A stretch of DNA of 64,000 bases from Pseudogymnoascus verrucosus (lineage: Eukaryota), in the NCBI GenBank assembly GCA_001662655.1, contig KV460235.1. One strand, given 5' to 3'. The notes beneath the pieces are model-generated. The model was not told the DNA's origin. It saw nothing but the letters and a program-made list of their open reading frames with translations, and did no database searches. The translations under genes and the position numbers were made by a program. Positions 41,176 through 53,624 of this stretch are shown here, piece by piece (position 1 is the first letter of the stretch; each line of letters begins with the position of its first letter).

Positions 41176-42193
41176 TTATCTGTTGGTCATTGGTGCGTTG
41201 CCGGTTGCTGCAAGCCTATACTTCTCGGAATTCATCAACTCCAAAACCTTCTCTGAAGTCTCCAGGTTTCTGTTTCGTCCAAAATGGGCCCATTTGGGCT
41301 CCATGACGTTCTTGAGATTCTCCAAGCTCACATCCATTGTTTTTCCGACCCCTATCCGTTGGTTAGTAGTTGAAGACTTCCCCTCGAGAATCGTCACTTA
41401 CCAAGCTCGTTGTATTCCCACACGTTCGCCTTCATTCCGATTCCGTAATATGCGTGCTTTTTCAAGAAAGCAAGCCATAACTCGACAGTCTCTGGGTGTC
41501 CGTCTTTAATTTGGATAAGGCGTCTCAAGGTGATACGTTCGAAATTCTCCTGAGACTTCTTGTTGACGAAATTACTCTTCGGGACCGTCCATCTTTCCGT
41601 AATTCGGGGAAGCGGAACAGGGCCAAAGGCAGGGAGTTTCAAATAGTATGCTGCTCGTAGGGCAAAATCTGCGAAGAATTCGAGGTTTCGTACGCTGTAG
41701 GATCGCAATTGAAGATCGCAGGACGGGACACCATATTCCACATCTCGTCGTAGGGGCTTCAGGTATATAGCCTGTACGTTTCTAGGCAGGCGAGGTATCT
41801 CTGATTCCGCGGTGCTGCTCTCGGATGATCTGAATGCTTGTGTTAGTCTAAAGCACTTCAACTCGATCCATAGTGGCTAGAAAGAGGTACGAACTTGAGG
41901 GTGACATTGGTTGCCGCGGCAGATCTGTCCAGGCATCTGGTTAGCTTCAAACGCAGTGAATTTTAGGTATATATTGAATCATACGGTGTCTCTGCTTTCG
42001 GGGCATCGTCTTTGCCGCGGCTCAAGCTGGCAGCATGGAACCGACTGACGGCAATTCTGTTCGTGATCGCTGAACCTGCCACATACTGAGCTGTTAGCAC
42101 CACTTCTGAGCTCCTCATCCAACCTGAAGCAGAACTTACTTTGGACCGGCTAGCCGCAGCCCAATGCGATCGCAATGGGGCTATAGATGCCAT
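41176..42193 (-). CDS. RSM10: Mitochondrial small-subunit ribosomal protein uS10m, multi-exon
   Basis: Contains CDLQLRSYS..NLEFFADFALRAAYYL, GPVPLP and KKSQENFER, with a presequence. Confidence 0.9.
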
Positions 42194-42736
42194 GTTGGAA
42201 GCGCGGTTTGCAATGCTGGATGAAGCCAAAATAAAATGTTCGTTATAGCACCAACGGGAATTACCGACACGGACACGATTGTCACGTGACTACTATTTAA
42301 CATTGAAACTCAATTTATACCATAAAACAGATTCACGATTATGCACATAAAAGGAGCCTTGTAATTTTGTGATGTATATTTGATTCATGAGGGCGTATTC
42401 TATTTAATTACGCTATATTCATGCTCGCAATGGGGTGCCAGTTGCCGCGTGGCTATTTAACCTACGGTCATATAATATGGATCACCACCATGTTACCTAG
42501 CCAGATCTTGTTTGGCAGGCCCATACCCAACAGCTTCGTGGCGCGGGCGTCTGCAGTTGGCGCAGGGCGTAGTGCATAGGTGACTACGGTAGGTAGCTCT
42601 CCATCAGTGTCACTGGTCTCCCAAACAATAATCTGATTGTTAGTTATGGGAGATACCAGACGGATCAAGTCCTGTACCACTTGGATGGAGCTTGCGGTTT
42701 GCCTGTTAAACGGATGACTTGTTCAGGGAAGAGGCT

Positions 42737-43723
42737 TCAACCTTTAGAAACCTTTCCAGATCTCTTTGCCCTCAGCGCTTTGTAATGAGCCTTCTTCCCG
42801 CTGGTCTTGGCAAGCTGTATCTGACTATACCTCGACTTGAATCGCTGCGTCTTCTGTTCGCCTGCCAAAACATCTTCTAGGAAGGTTCGCTTTCGCTCCT
42901 TGTTTGTCATCCTGGCAGTGAAGAATTCGGTCGGTCCTTCAATGACTGTTCCAACTTGGGAGAACTCAGGCACGTCGCTCTTTCTATCATTGTCCTTCTT
43001 ATAATGTCTTTTCGGGTCGAGGACTGATCGCAAGCGTAGCAGTTGCAGGTCACGCTTGAGTTCCGGCGTCAATACGGTCTTAGGCAGGTTGTACCAATTG
43101 GGCCCAGCTGATGCTGCCTTCTCCTGTTTTAAAAGTCAGTGGAAAGCCACAGCAAATAATGAATAGCGAATAAAAAGATAGATGCTAAGTCAGAGTAACT
43201 ATGAATTCACACAATGTGTGTACTATCATAGATGCAGAGAAGACACCCAAGACGGGGTCCGAGTTCTGCGTCAAGATTCTTTGGGATAATTTTCCTCATA
43301 AAAGCACAAAAAGAAGTGGAACTGTTGAAACTTACTTTTGCAGCCTTAACCTTAGCGGCAACCGGATCTTCAACGCAGCGTGGTGTATTTGCAAGCTTCC
43401 TCTCTTGCTTACTGACAAGAAATTCTGGATCAACCTGTGCACCAGAGATGGTTGGCTTAACGTATACTGAAGGTAAACCGGAGCCGGTCCCATTTGAGAT
43501 ACTGGTGCTGCCTGGAGTTAGCATGCGTACCAACTAGCAGGGGAATCCTGCGTTGTGAGTGGAAGATATACCTAGAGTCGAGACCGGGCAGAGATGATAT
43601 GCCGCTGGTGGTTATCAAAGTATTTGCACTGGCTTCTGCTGATGCCCTCATCCTCTGCTCAGCATCTCTGAGCATTTGTTGTATCTGCCCATCAGACAGG
43701 TCCTGGCTCTCCAATACTTCCAT
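42737..43723 (-). CDS. FCF2: rRNA-processing protein Fcf2, multi-exon
   Basis: Contains AGPNWYNLP, LKRDLQLLRLRSVLDPKRHYKK, FSQVGTVIEGPTEFF and KERKRT. It has an unusually long intron of about 43126..43335. Confidence 0.9.
43182..43307 (-). ncRNA. Intronic box C/D snoRNA, snR63/SNORD46-like (predicted guide for LSU rRNA Am2256, yeast numbering)
   Basis: On the minus strand: terminal stem GTGCT/AGCAT, box C-like ATGAGGA (43299-43293), candidate D' TTGA and C' ATGATA, and guide TCATAGTTACT immediately before box D CTGA (43193-43190). The guide is complementary to the conserved LSU helix-69 sequence AGUAACUAUGA. Confidence 0.85.
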
Positions 43724-44506
43724 TGTGAGAGTAGCAAGCTTCTTGCACCGTATGTGGTGCAGAAAGACAGGCTTGGAAAAATTATGTTTTACGCTGGTTG
43801 GTATGCGGGAGAAACTTTATAGAAGCAAATGCAAAGTCCTTTAAGCGAAATGCTTGGCATTGCGAGGCTGGCTCTACCGTATTGGCACGTGACCTTAAAG
43901 AATGCGCCGGGTTCTGTAATGGGGGTTCAATTGCTATTTTGGCTAATGCTCAATAAAATGCATAGGAGAAATGGAAGAAGCAAAAAAATTAATCGTGGCT
44001 GACGACCCTTAAGAGAAAAAAATAATAAATAAAAATACTGAGTTGTTTTGATGTGTTGGCTGCAGGCGCAGGCAGGCACTCAGCCGCTCTGTCCAGGCCA
44101 AAGTACTGTGTAAACATTTCATGGGCGGCTTTCCCGTGCTGGTCGTTACTCGAGTACCTGCCCCATCACTCCAGCTGCCGGCGCCAACCAATCAATTAAC
44201 TCTTTGGCTTGGGCATCATCAACAGCACCACGACGTCAGAGTCAAGGAAATGCGACTTATGCGACCGCCTTTCACACCGTGATTTAAACACAGCCTCAAT
44301 TCACCAGCGGCGGTGAGCAGTGGCAGTTGCGCCCACGGAGACACCGAATTTGCGCCTTCGGTCACACCTCTTCGTCACTTGTCGCGTCACCGAGAACTTG
44401 TAAACACTCACAGTGGTGACAGCAGCAGTCTCACTTATATACACACAACATATCGCGCGCACGTCGCAGTCTATACGGGAGGAAGGAATAGTCAAGCTTG
44501 CTACCA

Positions 44507-45664
44507 TGGATCCATCCGCGCAGCCAAACGCTGCTCATGGCCAGGGCCAACAGCGCCAACAACCCGTCTATGACATCAACCAAGGCGGCCATTATGGCAA
44601 GTAGACAATCTCCCAGGCGCATTCGAAGTGATAGCAATAGCTAATTGTATAATCTATAGGCGCCAGCGCTTCCGTAAGTTTTGACTGATCGTTCACAGAG
44701 CTCTAGATACTAAGACTAGAAAGCTTTCTGCGCAAGGGTTTGCGCCAGTCGCGGAATTCTACACAGGAGCCTGGGCGAATGTAAGTGAACACTTTCCTCA
44801 ATGCGGTTTCGAAGCTCAACTATTCGCAGGTAAACCAAGGCCTCCAGGGCGGGTACAGAGACATCCTCACGACATACTGGCAGCAGACGATCAACCAACT
44901 CGAGACCGAGACACACGACTACAAACTGCATCAGCTCCCTTTGGCACGAATTAAAAAGGTCATGAAGGCAGATCCAGAAGTAAAAATGATATCGGCAGAA
45001 GCTCCGATTCTGTTCGCCAAAGGCTGTGATATTTTTATTACGGAATTGACTATGCGCGCCTGGATCCACGCCGAAGAGAACAAGCGCCGTACACTCCAGA
45101 GATCTGATATTGCATCTGCGCTGGCTAAGAGTGATATGTTTGACTTCCTGATTGACATCGTTCCTCGAGAGGAGGCTGCATCGCACGCCAAGAGAGCTTC
45201 TGGTCCAAACGCTGCGGCGCAAGGAGTTCCTCCCGCTGGTGCCCAGATCCCGGCGCAGGGCAATATCTCCCAACAGCAACCCAGTCATCAGCCTCAGCAG
45301 CATGCTATGGCTCCTCCGGATTACTCGTTGGGCCACAGTTTGGCTCCAGACCAAGATTACCGCCAACCTGCTATGTATCCTGGACAGGTCCAGCCGGGTC
45401 CTGTTGGCGCATATGGACAAGCCCCACCACACATGTATGGTGAGATGGAAGGGATGTACGCATATCCGCCGATGCCACCGCAGCAGGTATGACCTTCCTC
45501 CTCTGAAAGCACCTTCTCCTCTGACTTGTTTTTAGATGTACCATGTACCACAGCGAGCCCAAGATCCCACAGTCGGTCAAGACGCCGGGCACAATTACCC
45601 GCGCCATGACGGAGGCGAAGGAGATGCGGATGCAGAGGGCGAAAGAGATTATGAGGTCGGTTAG
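44507..45664 (+). CDS. HAP5: CCAAT-binding complex subunit Hap5/HapE (NF-YC), multi-exon
   Basis: Histone-fold sequence [15 protein letters not shown]...[13 protein letters not shown]...[10 protein letters not shown]. It has a GC-AG first intron and a 14-nt micro-exon at 44660..44673. Confidence 0.95.
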
Positions 45665-45917
45665 CATGTTTCTGCGACTATCGTCCGCCTAGGTTGGATG
45701 GGAGATGGTGGGGCGTTGAGAGAGGCCAAGCGTCCTTGGGGTTATCAGAGTATATTATGGCGCCTGGAGTGTCTGCTTTCTTTCGTTCTGGTTTGGGGAA
45801 AGTAGAGTAAATGCTTGATCCCGCTCAAATAAATTGAGATTTGTTACATTTATTGATTTTCTCATCCATAGTGATTTGATGAGGTCTTCGTTCGATCTGT
45901 GAATTAACTATATAACC

Positions 45918-48694
45918 CTACTTCTTCCCAAATCGTGACGAAAAATTGGCTAGTCTATCATTTTTGACTGGACTTTGAACCGAGTACGTGAGTCTGTAGT
46001 TAGTTTCAATGGTTAGTAACATGCCATTGAATATGAAGAGTCGGGGCTGGCGGCTTACTTCTCAAGGATCTTTGGTCCATTCAGGGGATCTACCCGACCG
46101 TACTTCTTATTCCTCGTTGAAATGTCAAAGTACTCGTCAGGGTTGTCAGTTTGCATCAAGTTGACTGTTTGCTGCAATTCATCGAGATTCTCCCGCAGGA
46201 TAGGTGCATTCTCGAGGCTGTCCACAAACTCGGCCAGGTAATCCACGTCCTTTGCCAATGCAGCGACACCATTCGGGTTGATCTTCTTCACGTCCGGTGA
46301 CAAAGGAAGGGCCTACAATGCAACTGTGAGCTTAACTTCTTACGTACTATGTCAAGATTAACATACCAATATCATATTCGCTGCATGGCTTAGAGCATCG
46401 AAATAGATCAACTCTTTGATCTCTCTCGGGAGACCCAGTAAGGTAGAGTTCATGATATTCGACAGATAACGAGTCAATGTCTGCATGTAGTTGCTTGGCT
46501 CGCCCTCTAATGTTGGTGCCATCCTGTAGTAGATTATTAGCTAGTTGGAACGTTCAATGGGGCTGCAAGCTTACCAATCGTATTCAGCAGTTTCTATCAA
46601 GTCGTCAATCTTAGAGTTGACGAGCTCAAAAATTCTCTTCTCCGCAGTCTTTTTGTTACTACGGAACTCCTCCGTAGCATTTAGCACAATTGGTCCTCCA
46701 GCAGATGTTGATGAACGAGCCGCAATCAAAAGCTGCTCAAGCTCTTGACAAGCGGTTTCAAAATGTTCAAGGTTAATCAGAATTTGGACGATTTGCCCCA
46801 GATACTGGGAGCTTAAACGTTCCACAAGAGACCTACAGACCTTCTCCGAAAGGAGTTGGTCCAGAGACTTGGCCAAAGTCAACACATGATCGATCTAACA
46901 TTTCAGGAAAACATACCTTTCTCAGCGTCTCATCGATAACATTGGGATGTTGAAAATGATCGTCCGAAAAGAAGTAGAACTGATTCAAAAAGTTTCGGAT
47001 GTCAATACAACAAAGAGGGTACATCTGAGAGAAGGGCAACACGCATGGAAATCTGGCAAGGATCAGCACCTGCTTTGTCAACAAAGGCAAGAATAACATA
47101 CGAAAGTTCCCCTCTTGGTTTATCAGGTGTAAACCAACTGACATTAACAACTTTGTCATACTCGTCCAAGTTGCTAATCGGCATCGGCATATAATCGTCA
47201 GTAGATACGATCTATGAGCGTCAGCATCCTTTTATAACTCAGTGGGTACTGGGCTAATACTTCTTGAAAATCATCACTAAACCGTCTTTTTAGCAACTCG
47301 GCGTATTTCTCAAACAGAGTCAACAGAAAGGTGTCCAGGGCAGACACGGAATAGCCCCAACCCTTACTGGTCAGCAGTTACACGGAAGTGGAAAATCCAA
47401 GGTTATCTTACATCCAGCGTCTGTATAAACAACGCAATGACACCTTTGATTTTCAAAAGAACCTCCGCATTATCAACATCGTCGAGAGCTTTGGAGATGA
47501 GACCAATGGCGGCTTGGCACATTGAATCCCACAACTCATCGACCTATAAACAGTAAGTATGTTGCCGTGCCACACTGATGCTAGAATCAAACTCACATCA
47601 ACAGGTGAGCGGAGGTTATGGGCACGTCTCATAGTTGCCCGTTCAATGATCGCAAATCCAGCAATTCCTTCCAGGAGACTACTTAAGCTGGAGTCATCGT
47701 TCTCGAGAAGACTAATTGAAGACGGTAAAAGAAGTTCTTTCTGCTTTCTTCGAGTCGCGGCGTACTCAGTGCGGAATTTGTCACTTTGCCCCAACGCCTC
47801 ATGTATATGTAAGCATTCCAACAGAGGAGTAAAATCAACCCGCAGCTCATCATTATCTAGTGCATCAAACTCCTCGCTCTCATCGAAGACCATTTCTATC
47901 GCCGAGTTAAGCTTGAAGTTCCGGAGATAAGGATTGGCTTCCATTCGCTCTTTTTGCCTTGTTCGCCGCAACTCAGTATGGTAGAAAGCTACCTCCCCCA
48001 GGAACTGAGACGTCTCACGGATCCTATAAAGCCAAGTGTTGAGATCATTCATGACCGCCTCTGCTATGAGCTTCTGTGTAGCAGGGACCGACTTCTGTAT
48101 CATATCGGCCAGCTTGTACTGTGTTACCTCCTTCAGATGCACATTTTGGAGCTCATCCAGCGCTCGCAATGCCCCATAGTGGTTTTTCTGGCCCAGCAAC
48201 TCATGGACATGGTTCGATACACGCAAGACTTCCAAGCAGTCCTTCAGTGCCTGTGCTGCCTCATCGATATTTTGACGCACCCCTCGAGAGTCGACAAGCG
48301 CCTTCTTGTGCTCCGCAAGCTTTTCCGTGCTGGACTGGATAGACTGGTTGAGTTCCAAGATTTCGGATGTCAACTTGACCGTTCCTTCACGAACTTTCTG
48401 CAGCTTGTTGACCGATGTTAGGAACTCTTGGTGGTTTAGATTGCACATTTTCTCGATTTCGTTTTCTCGTTGCGCGGCATATTGCGCGAGGCTCTTCATC
48501 AGGGCATGGGCGCGACTAGAACTGCTCGCATCTTTCACAACAGGGATGAGCTGGTCAAGGTAGTCGTTATCACTGGGTGACAATATCATCTAACAGTATA
48601 AGGCTACGTTCTAGAACAAGATTCAAGGGGTAGCGGGCATTACCTGTTGGATGATTGATGGGCCATTGCTCCTGAAGTCAACTGCAGAAGGCAT
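45918..48694 (-). CDS. SEC15: Exocyst subunit Sec15, multi-exon
   Basis: Contains DYLDQLIP, IEKMCNLNHQEF, VDFTPLLECLHIH, QIVQILINLEHFE and AEKRIFELVNSKIDD. Confidence 0.92.
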
Positions 48695-48975
48695 ATTGAA
48701 GTGGAACTGGGGTCGATTACACGGCTAATTATCTCTGCGTGAGGCAAGTGCCACTGAAAGGAATGAAGCTGATGTTGACAGTGGCATCCAGAGCTGTTCC
48801 AAAGAGGAGTGTATCCAGGGCAGGGTAGCGAGGAGGAACTAAAGTTGAGGAGAGCTGGCTGGATGACTCTTCCTTCCAGGGGATCACATCCGTGAATAAT
48901 CAAGGTCGGTCTCTCTTTCAGCCCACTTCAATTGTCTGCTACAATTTGAATAGGCACTTCAGCTTCAAAGATCAA

Positions 48976-49000
48976 GTGTCGGTGTCGGTGTCGGTGTCGG
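48976..49000. repeat. Hexanucleotide microsatellite (GTGTCG)4
   Basis: GTGTCGGTGTCGGTGTCGGTGTCGG in the divergent SEC15/mei2 promoter region. Confidence 0.8.
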
Positions 49001-49611
49001 TTTCAATCAAGACCATAGTTGGGAGCCTACACGTGGTTGTGACGTCGTGGCCGGAAGAACGTATCTCCGGAGTGGGACATATATCAAGCTCTAGCTGAAC
49101 GGGGTGAGCTTCTCTTCAAAGCAACATCAGACAAAGATACTCAAGTCATATGGGAAACACTACAGTGTCTAACATACTAAACTGGTATAAAAGAAGTTTT
49201 AACGGAGGCGCAAATTCGAATTAGAGTATAGAGATTTTCCTTGTTTTTTTTTCTTCCTCTATATACTCATCGCTTCATTTCATTTTCGCAAAAGAAGTCG
49301 CGTCTACTGCCATCAAGGTGCTTCCACACACACAAACTTCTACAACCCCCCATTTTCTTTCCAATTCCAAAATCCAGGGTTTCCTCCTTTCCTCCTTTCC
49401 TCCAATTCTCCCTTTCATATTGACCTGATCTCCTCCAATTCTTCTCCTTCGTTCCACACTTTCCATCATCACACATCTACACATCTACTTCCTGATCACC
49501 TAACTCTCCTTTTGGGTGTTCATGTATTGGTCTATCTCCGATCTATTTTGATACCTGGTGTCTTTCCTGCTATTCTCTTCATCACCTTCTGCATGCTGCA
49601 GACCTGACAAG

Positions 49612-52498
49612 ATGTCCACCTCAAAGCATGCATACCAAGGTTTGTATCCTGTTGGCTGGCAATTAGTTCCCACTGCATTGATGCTAATCTAACAAATTAC
49701 TTCACAGGCTTCTTTCCAGATGACCCATCTGGAACAGTAGCTCACGAATCCGACTTGGGACTAACCTCTCCAGCAAGCTCTACAGGAGGTTGCACACTAA
49801 CAGCCAAGTATGAGGACAAAGACCCCTTCACCTCCCCTGGTGCAAAGCTGGGCCACGAGCAGAAGCTCAGTGCCACAGCATCCTCCTTTGAACCCTTCAG
49901 TGTCCACTTGAACAAGGGCTCTATCCATTCTATTGCAGGTAATATAGATTCCCCACAATCTGATACAGTCTAAATAGCTAAACCAAACAAAGGAGGCGGC
50001 CAATATGTAGAACCAGTGTCCCCAGCTGATAGCTTTGCCTCTGGTATTGGACAGCAGGGCATCTTCAGCACCAATACCCAAGTTACCCGTGCTCTTAGAA
50101 TATCTGGGATATACATCACTGTCTCTAGAGAGCAAGTTGAGACATGCCTTCAAGTAAGTTGCTTTCAATTCTTGGAACTTTTTCCCCTTCACCGTTACTT
50201 TTTGTTCAACAATCGGGTGAGATTTTGAGAAGTTTTACTTGATGTCTCAACCGTTATGTAAGACAACTTATATGATCTTACTGACATGTCTTAGGAGAAG
50301 GGAATCCCTGAGCGTGCAACACGTCGATTCTATCACACTGCGAACGAGGTCTTGGTGAGATTTTCTGATGTCCAGGATGCAGTTATCATCTACAGCTACG
50401 CAAAGATCTCTCACCCTGAGTGGTCTGTTGAATACATAACTCCAGGTGTCTGCGCCGAGGCAAGTGGTAATAAGCTGTCAATTCGTTTTTTTCAGCACTA
50501 ATAGAAATGCATCTGCAGAAAGCAAACCCAAACTCAGCCTTTGTATCTGCCTATGAAGGCCAAGTTTCTCTGACCGCCAAGCTCCCTGTTGTGGGGGGTT
50601 TTGACAGGGCCAAAATTGAAGATATTATTGTGGATCTTCTTGCCATTGATGGAGCAGTGTATGCCTACCAGAAACAGGCACCAACTGAAGCTGGGACTGT
50701 CGGCATGATCGTCGAATTCTGCGATGTAGGATCTGCGCATCGTGCTGTTGCGAGACTCAACGGAGCCACCGTTAGGGTAAGATCAATCTTCGTGGCCCAA
50801 AGGCATCTGCTAAGTTTCAGCAGGGCATAACTCTTAAACTCGGACTCCACAAGCCAGATATCGACCAGCGACCCCCACGAGTCCCACATGGATCTCATCA
50901 CACTCCAATCCGCGGCCGTGGAGACTATGATGACTTGATTGGAAGCATTGAGCGATTATCTATCTCAAGCCCTCCAGCATACAACCAGCAGGTTCCATTT
51001 TCATACCCTACCACGATGATGAGCCCCGTGGGTAACTCTTATGTTCCCACATTTCCAGTGACCCCAGTATTTCCCGGTGCTACTGTGCCACTTGGTGGTC
51101 CATATTCATCTCCGCAATCTCCAGCTACAGGATACACCCCAGGAGGATACGGCACTCCGTCTCAATATGGTGCCACTTCTGTGACATCCAATGATTCGAG
51201 ACTTACAACTCCAACGGGTAAGACTTGGAATAATACGGGCAGCCTAATGAATGGTGGCTCCAAAGATGAATCTCAATCACAACTGCGCCTTTATGGGCGT
51301 CGCCAAAATTCCGTGCGCCAGAACGCGGTTCGAGGCACTGGTCGCCCTCAATTTGGCAGCTCGGTGGGACAACACAACATTGTCGACGTGGGCAGAATCC
51401 GCCAAGGATTAGACGTTCGGACTACTGTAAGTTTCTTACAAACAGACTTTGGACTGCTTTCTCATATTATTACAGATTATGCTCCGCAACATCCCAAATA
51501 AGATCAACCAGGAGATGCTGAAGGGAATCATCGATGAAACCAGCTTCGGCTCCTATGATTTCATGTATCTCCGCATTGATTTTGCCAATAACTGCAAGTA
51601 TGTAATTTGGAACCCGAGGTTTACTTGTACTGAAGCTAATTTTTAAGTGTTGGCTATGCTTTCATCAATTTTGAGGATGTAAGTTTGACGTCCCAAGAAT
51701 TCTTTTCTGTATTCTTACTGACTTTCAACAGCCATGGCATATTATTGCTGTAGGTAGCCCGCGACTATGATTCATATTTTACTAACAAAGTGACGCAGTT
51801 TGTGGAAGCACGCGCCGGCCAACGATGGTAAATATTTCCCACCCCTACCACCCCTCCCACCCCACTCGATTAAATTTGATCAAGAACAACAAAACTGACT
51901 TCCACAGGAATAGGTACAATAGCGACAAGGTTGCCGAGGTCTCCTATGCTAGTAAGTATCACAAAATATTTTTCCCCACTTAAAACTAATGGCCTCGTAG
52001 CCATTCAAGGAAAGGACTGTTTGGTACAGAAGTTCCGCAACAGCTCCGTTATGCTTGAGCATCCATCATTCCGACCCAAGGTGAGATACGTGACTATTAA
52101 TCAATCTTTATATATCTGACAAGGTTAGATTTTCCGAACAGGCCCTCCTCATCTAGGTGGAGGCGGAGAGGAGGATTTTCCTCTCCCCGACAATGCCTCA
52201 AAAATGAGACGCAGTGTTGAAAATGCTGAGCATGTCGGTCAGTATTAGATATGATGTAGCACATACACCACAAATGTAGCTATCTAACAGAAAAAATAGG
52301 CCTGTTTGCTCCACGTGCTGGGCAGCACCATAGAGACGAGCAACGCCGCCGCCGCTCTCAGTACGACAGAGGTACTCGCCTTGCGGCACTTGAGGAGTTT
52401 GAATTCGAGGATGTGATTTCATACCAAGATGTTGCCCGCTACTCATGTAAGTCTCCGAAGTCCAGTTTTGGAAGCTATTCTAATATATTACAGATTAA
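49612..52498 (+). CDS. Mei2-like RRM protein (RRM_2 domain); 5' exon carries an in-frame TAA, so possibly a damaged allele
   Basis: Contains DVRTT/IMLRNIPNK, YDFMYLRIDFANNC/NVGYAFINF, NSDKVAEVSYA/IQGKDCLVQKFRNSSVM, the hallmark Mei2 C-terminal RRM. There is a TAA at 49971-49973 in exon 2. Confidence 0.85.
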
Positions 52499-53624
52499 TT
52501 TATGATCCGGTGTCTTGGCAGATCTTGGAATTAATGTACACACAGCAAATTCCGCAAGAAACAACCCTCACCCCATGCAAAGCTACTGGAATTTGAAAAT
52601 TTGGAGTGTCCCTTTGCACACTGGTAGAAGGCAGTACCACTTTGGGGTCTCGCGGTCAACATGCTGGTATCCGAAATGCACTTTACTATCTCATTTGGGT
52701 CAAATCGATTTGCTTTACAGGACAAACAGTCACATGCCGTTATCTGGCCCGGCATTAACTCAATATCCAGCCAAATTCTTTCTGGACGAATCTTGCAAGG
52801 ATTGCCCTTAGCTGTTTTGGAGGCTCTTTTACATTCAACTACACATTTGGTCGCTTCCATCATTGGGGAAGGAACTTTGGTATTGCATATGCAAGCAAGT
52901 TCTGGGCGCTTTGTGGAATATTTTGATGTGCAACGAACTGCCTAGATGGGATCTCTTGGGCTTTCATTCAACCACTTTCGTGGATTTTTGAAACTTTTTT
53001 GCTTTTCAATCACAATAGTCATTTTGGGCCATTTGTATGGTACAATGCACGTTGCCACAATGCAAGTTAGCAGAGATACGAACCACATGGAACAAAAGGA
53101 ATTCAGAATAAGCTGCTTATCTAGTAGATGGTTTCAGAAACTACTTGTCTCCTTGATAGCTTTATTAAAATTGCATATTCGATTTCAAATAATAGCATTG
53201 AAGCCCACTCCCATCTGTATATTAAAATTATCGAGTTGCAGCTGTCTCAGGAAGTCGTATTGTATTTTCCCCCTTATTGTATAATACTTGGCGATTTCGT
53301 TAAATATGAAATCTGTTCATCGTGACACAGGTGGTGGGTGTCGAGACTTGGTACCTTACATCTAAGGCTCCAAGGTGGGGGTGGGGGAGGTCACGCTTTC
53401 CGTCACAAGCTTCCCCAATATCAACAAAGAAATTCTATAACTTTCACCAGGCCTTATGGCATGTTATGAAACCCGCTCCAGCTACTCGTGATGATCCCAC
53501 ACGTTGAACTATACTGTACCTTGCCATAACACGTTGCACTATCCCCTGGGCGCGCTGGTATTACCGAGCTCAACGGAACAACCCCACTAGTCACTTCAAT
53601 TATCACCCACAGCCTCACTGGACA

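Noticed and set aside
42468..42680. 70-aa minus ORF between FCF2 and RSM10
   Set aside because: Non-ATG start, no motif, and it lies in the probable FCF2 3' UTR.
52515..53507. Several short ORFs downstream of the mei2-like gene
   Set aside because: AT-rich UTR or intergenic sequence with no homology-like motifs or coherent exon structure.
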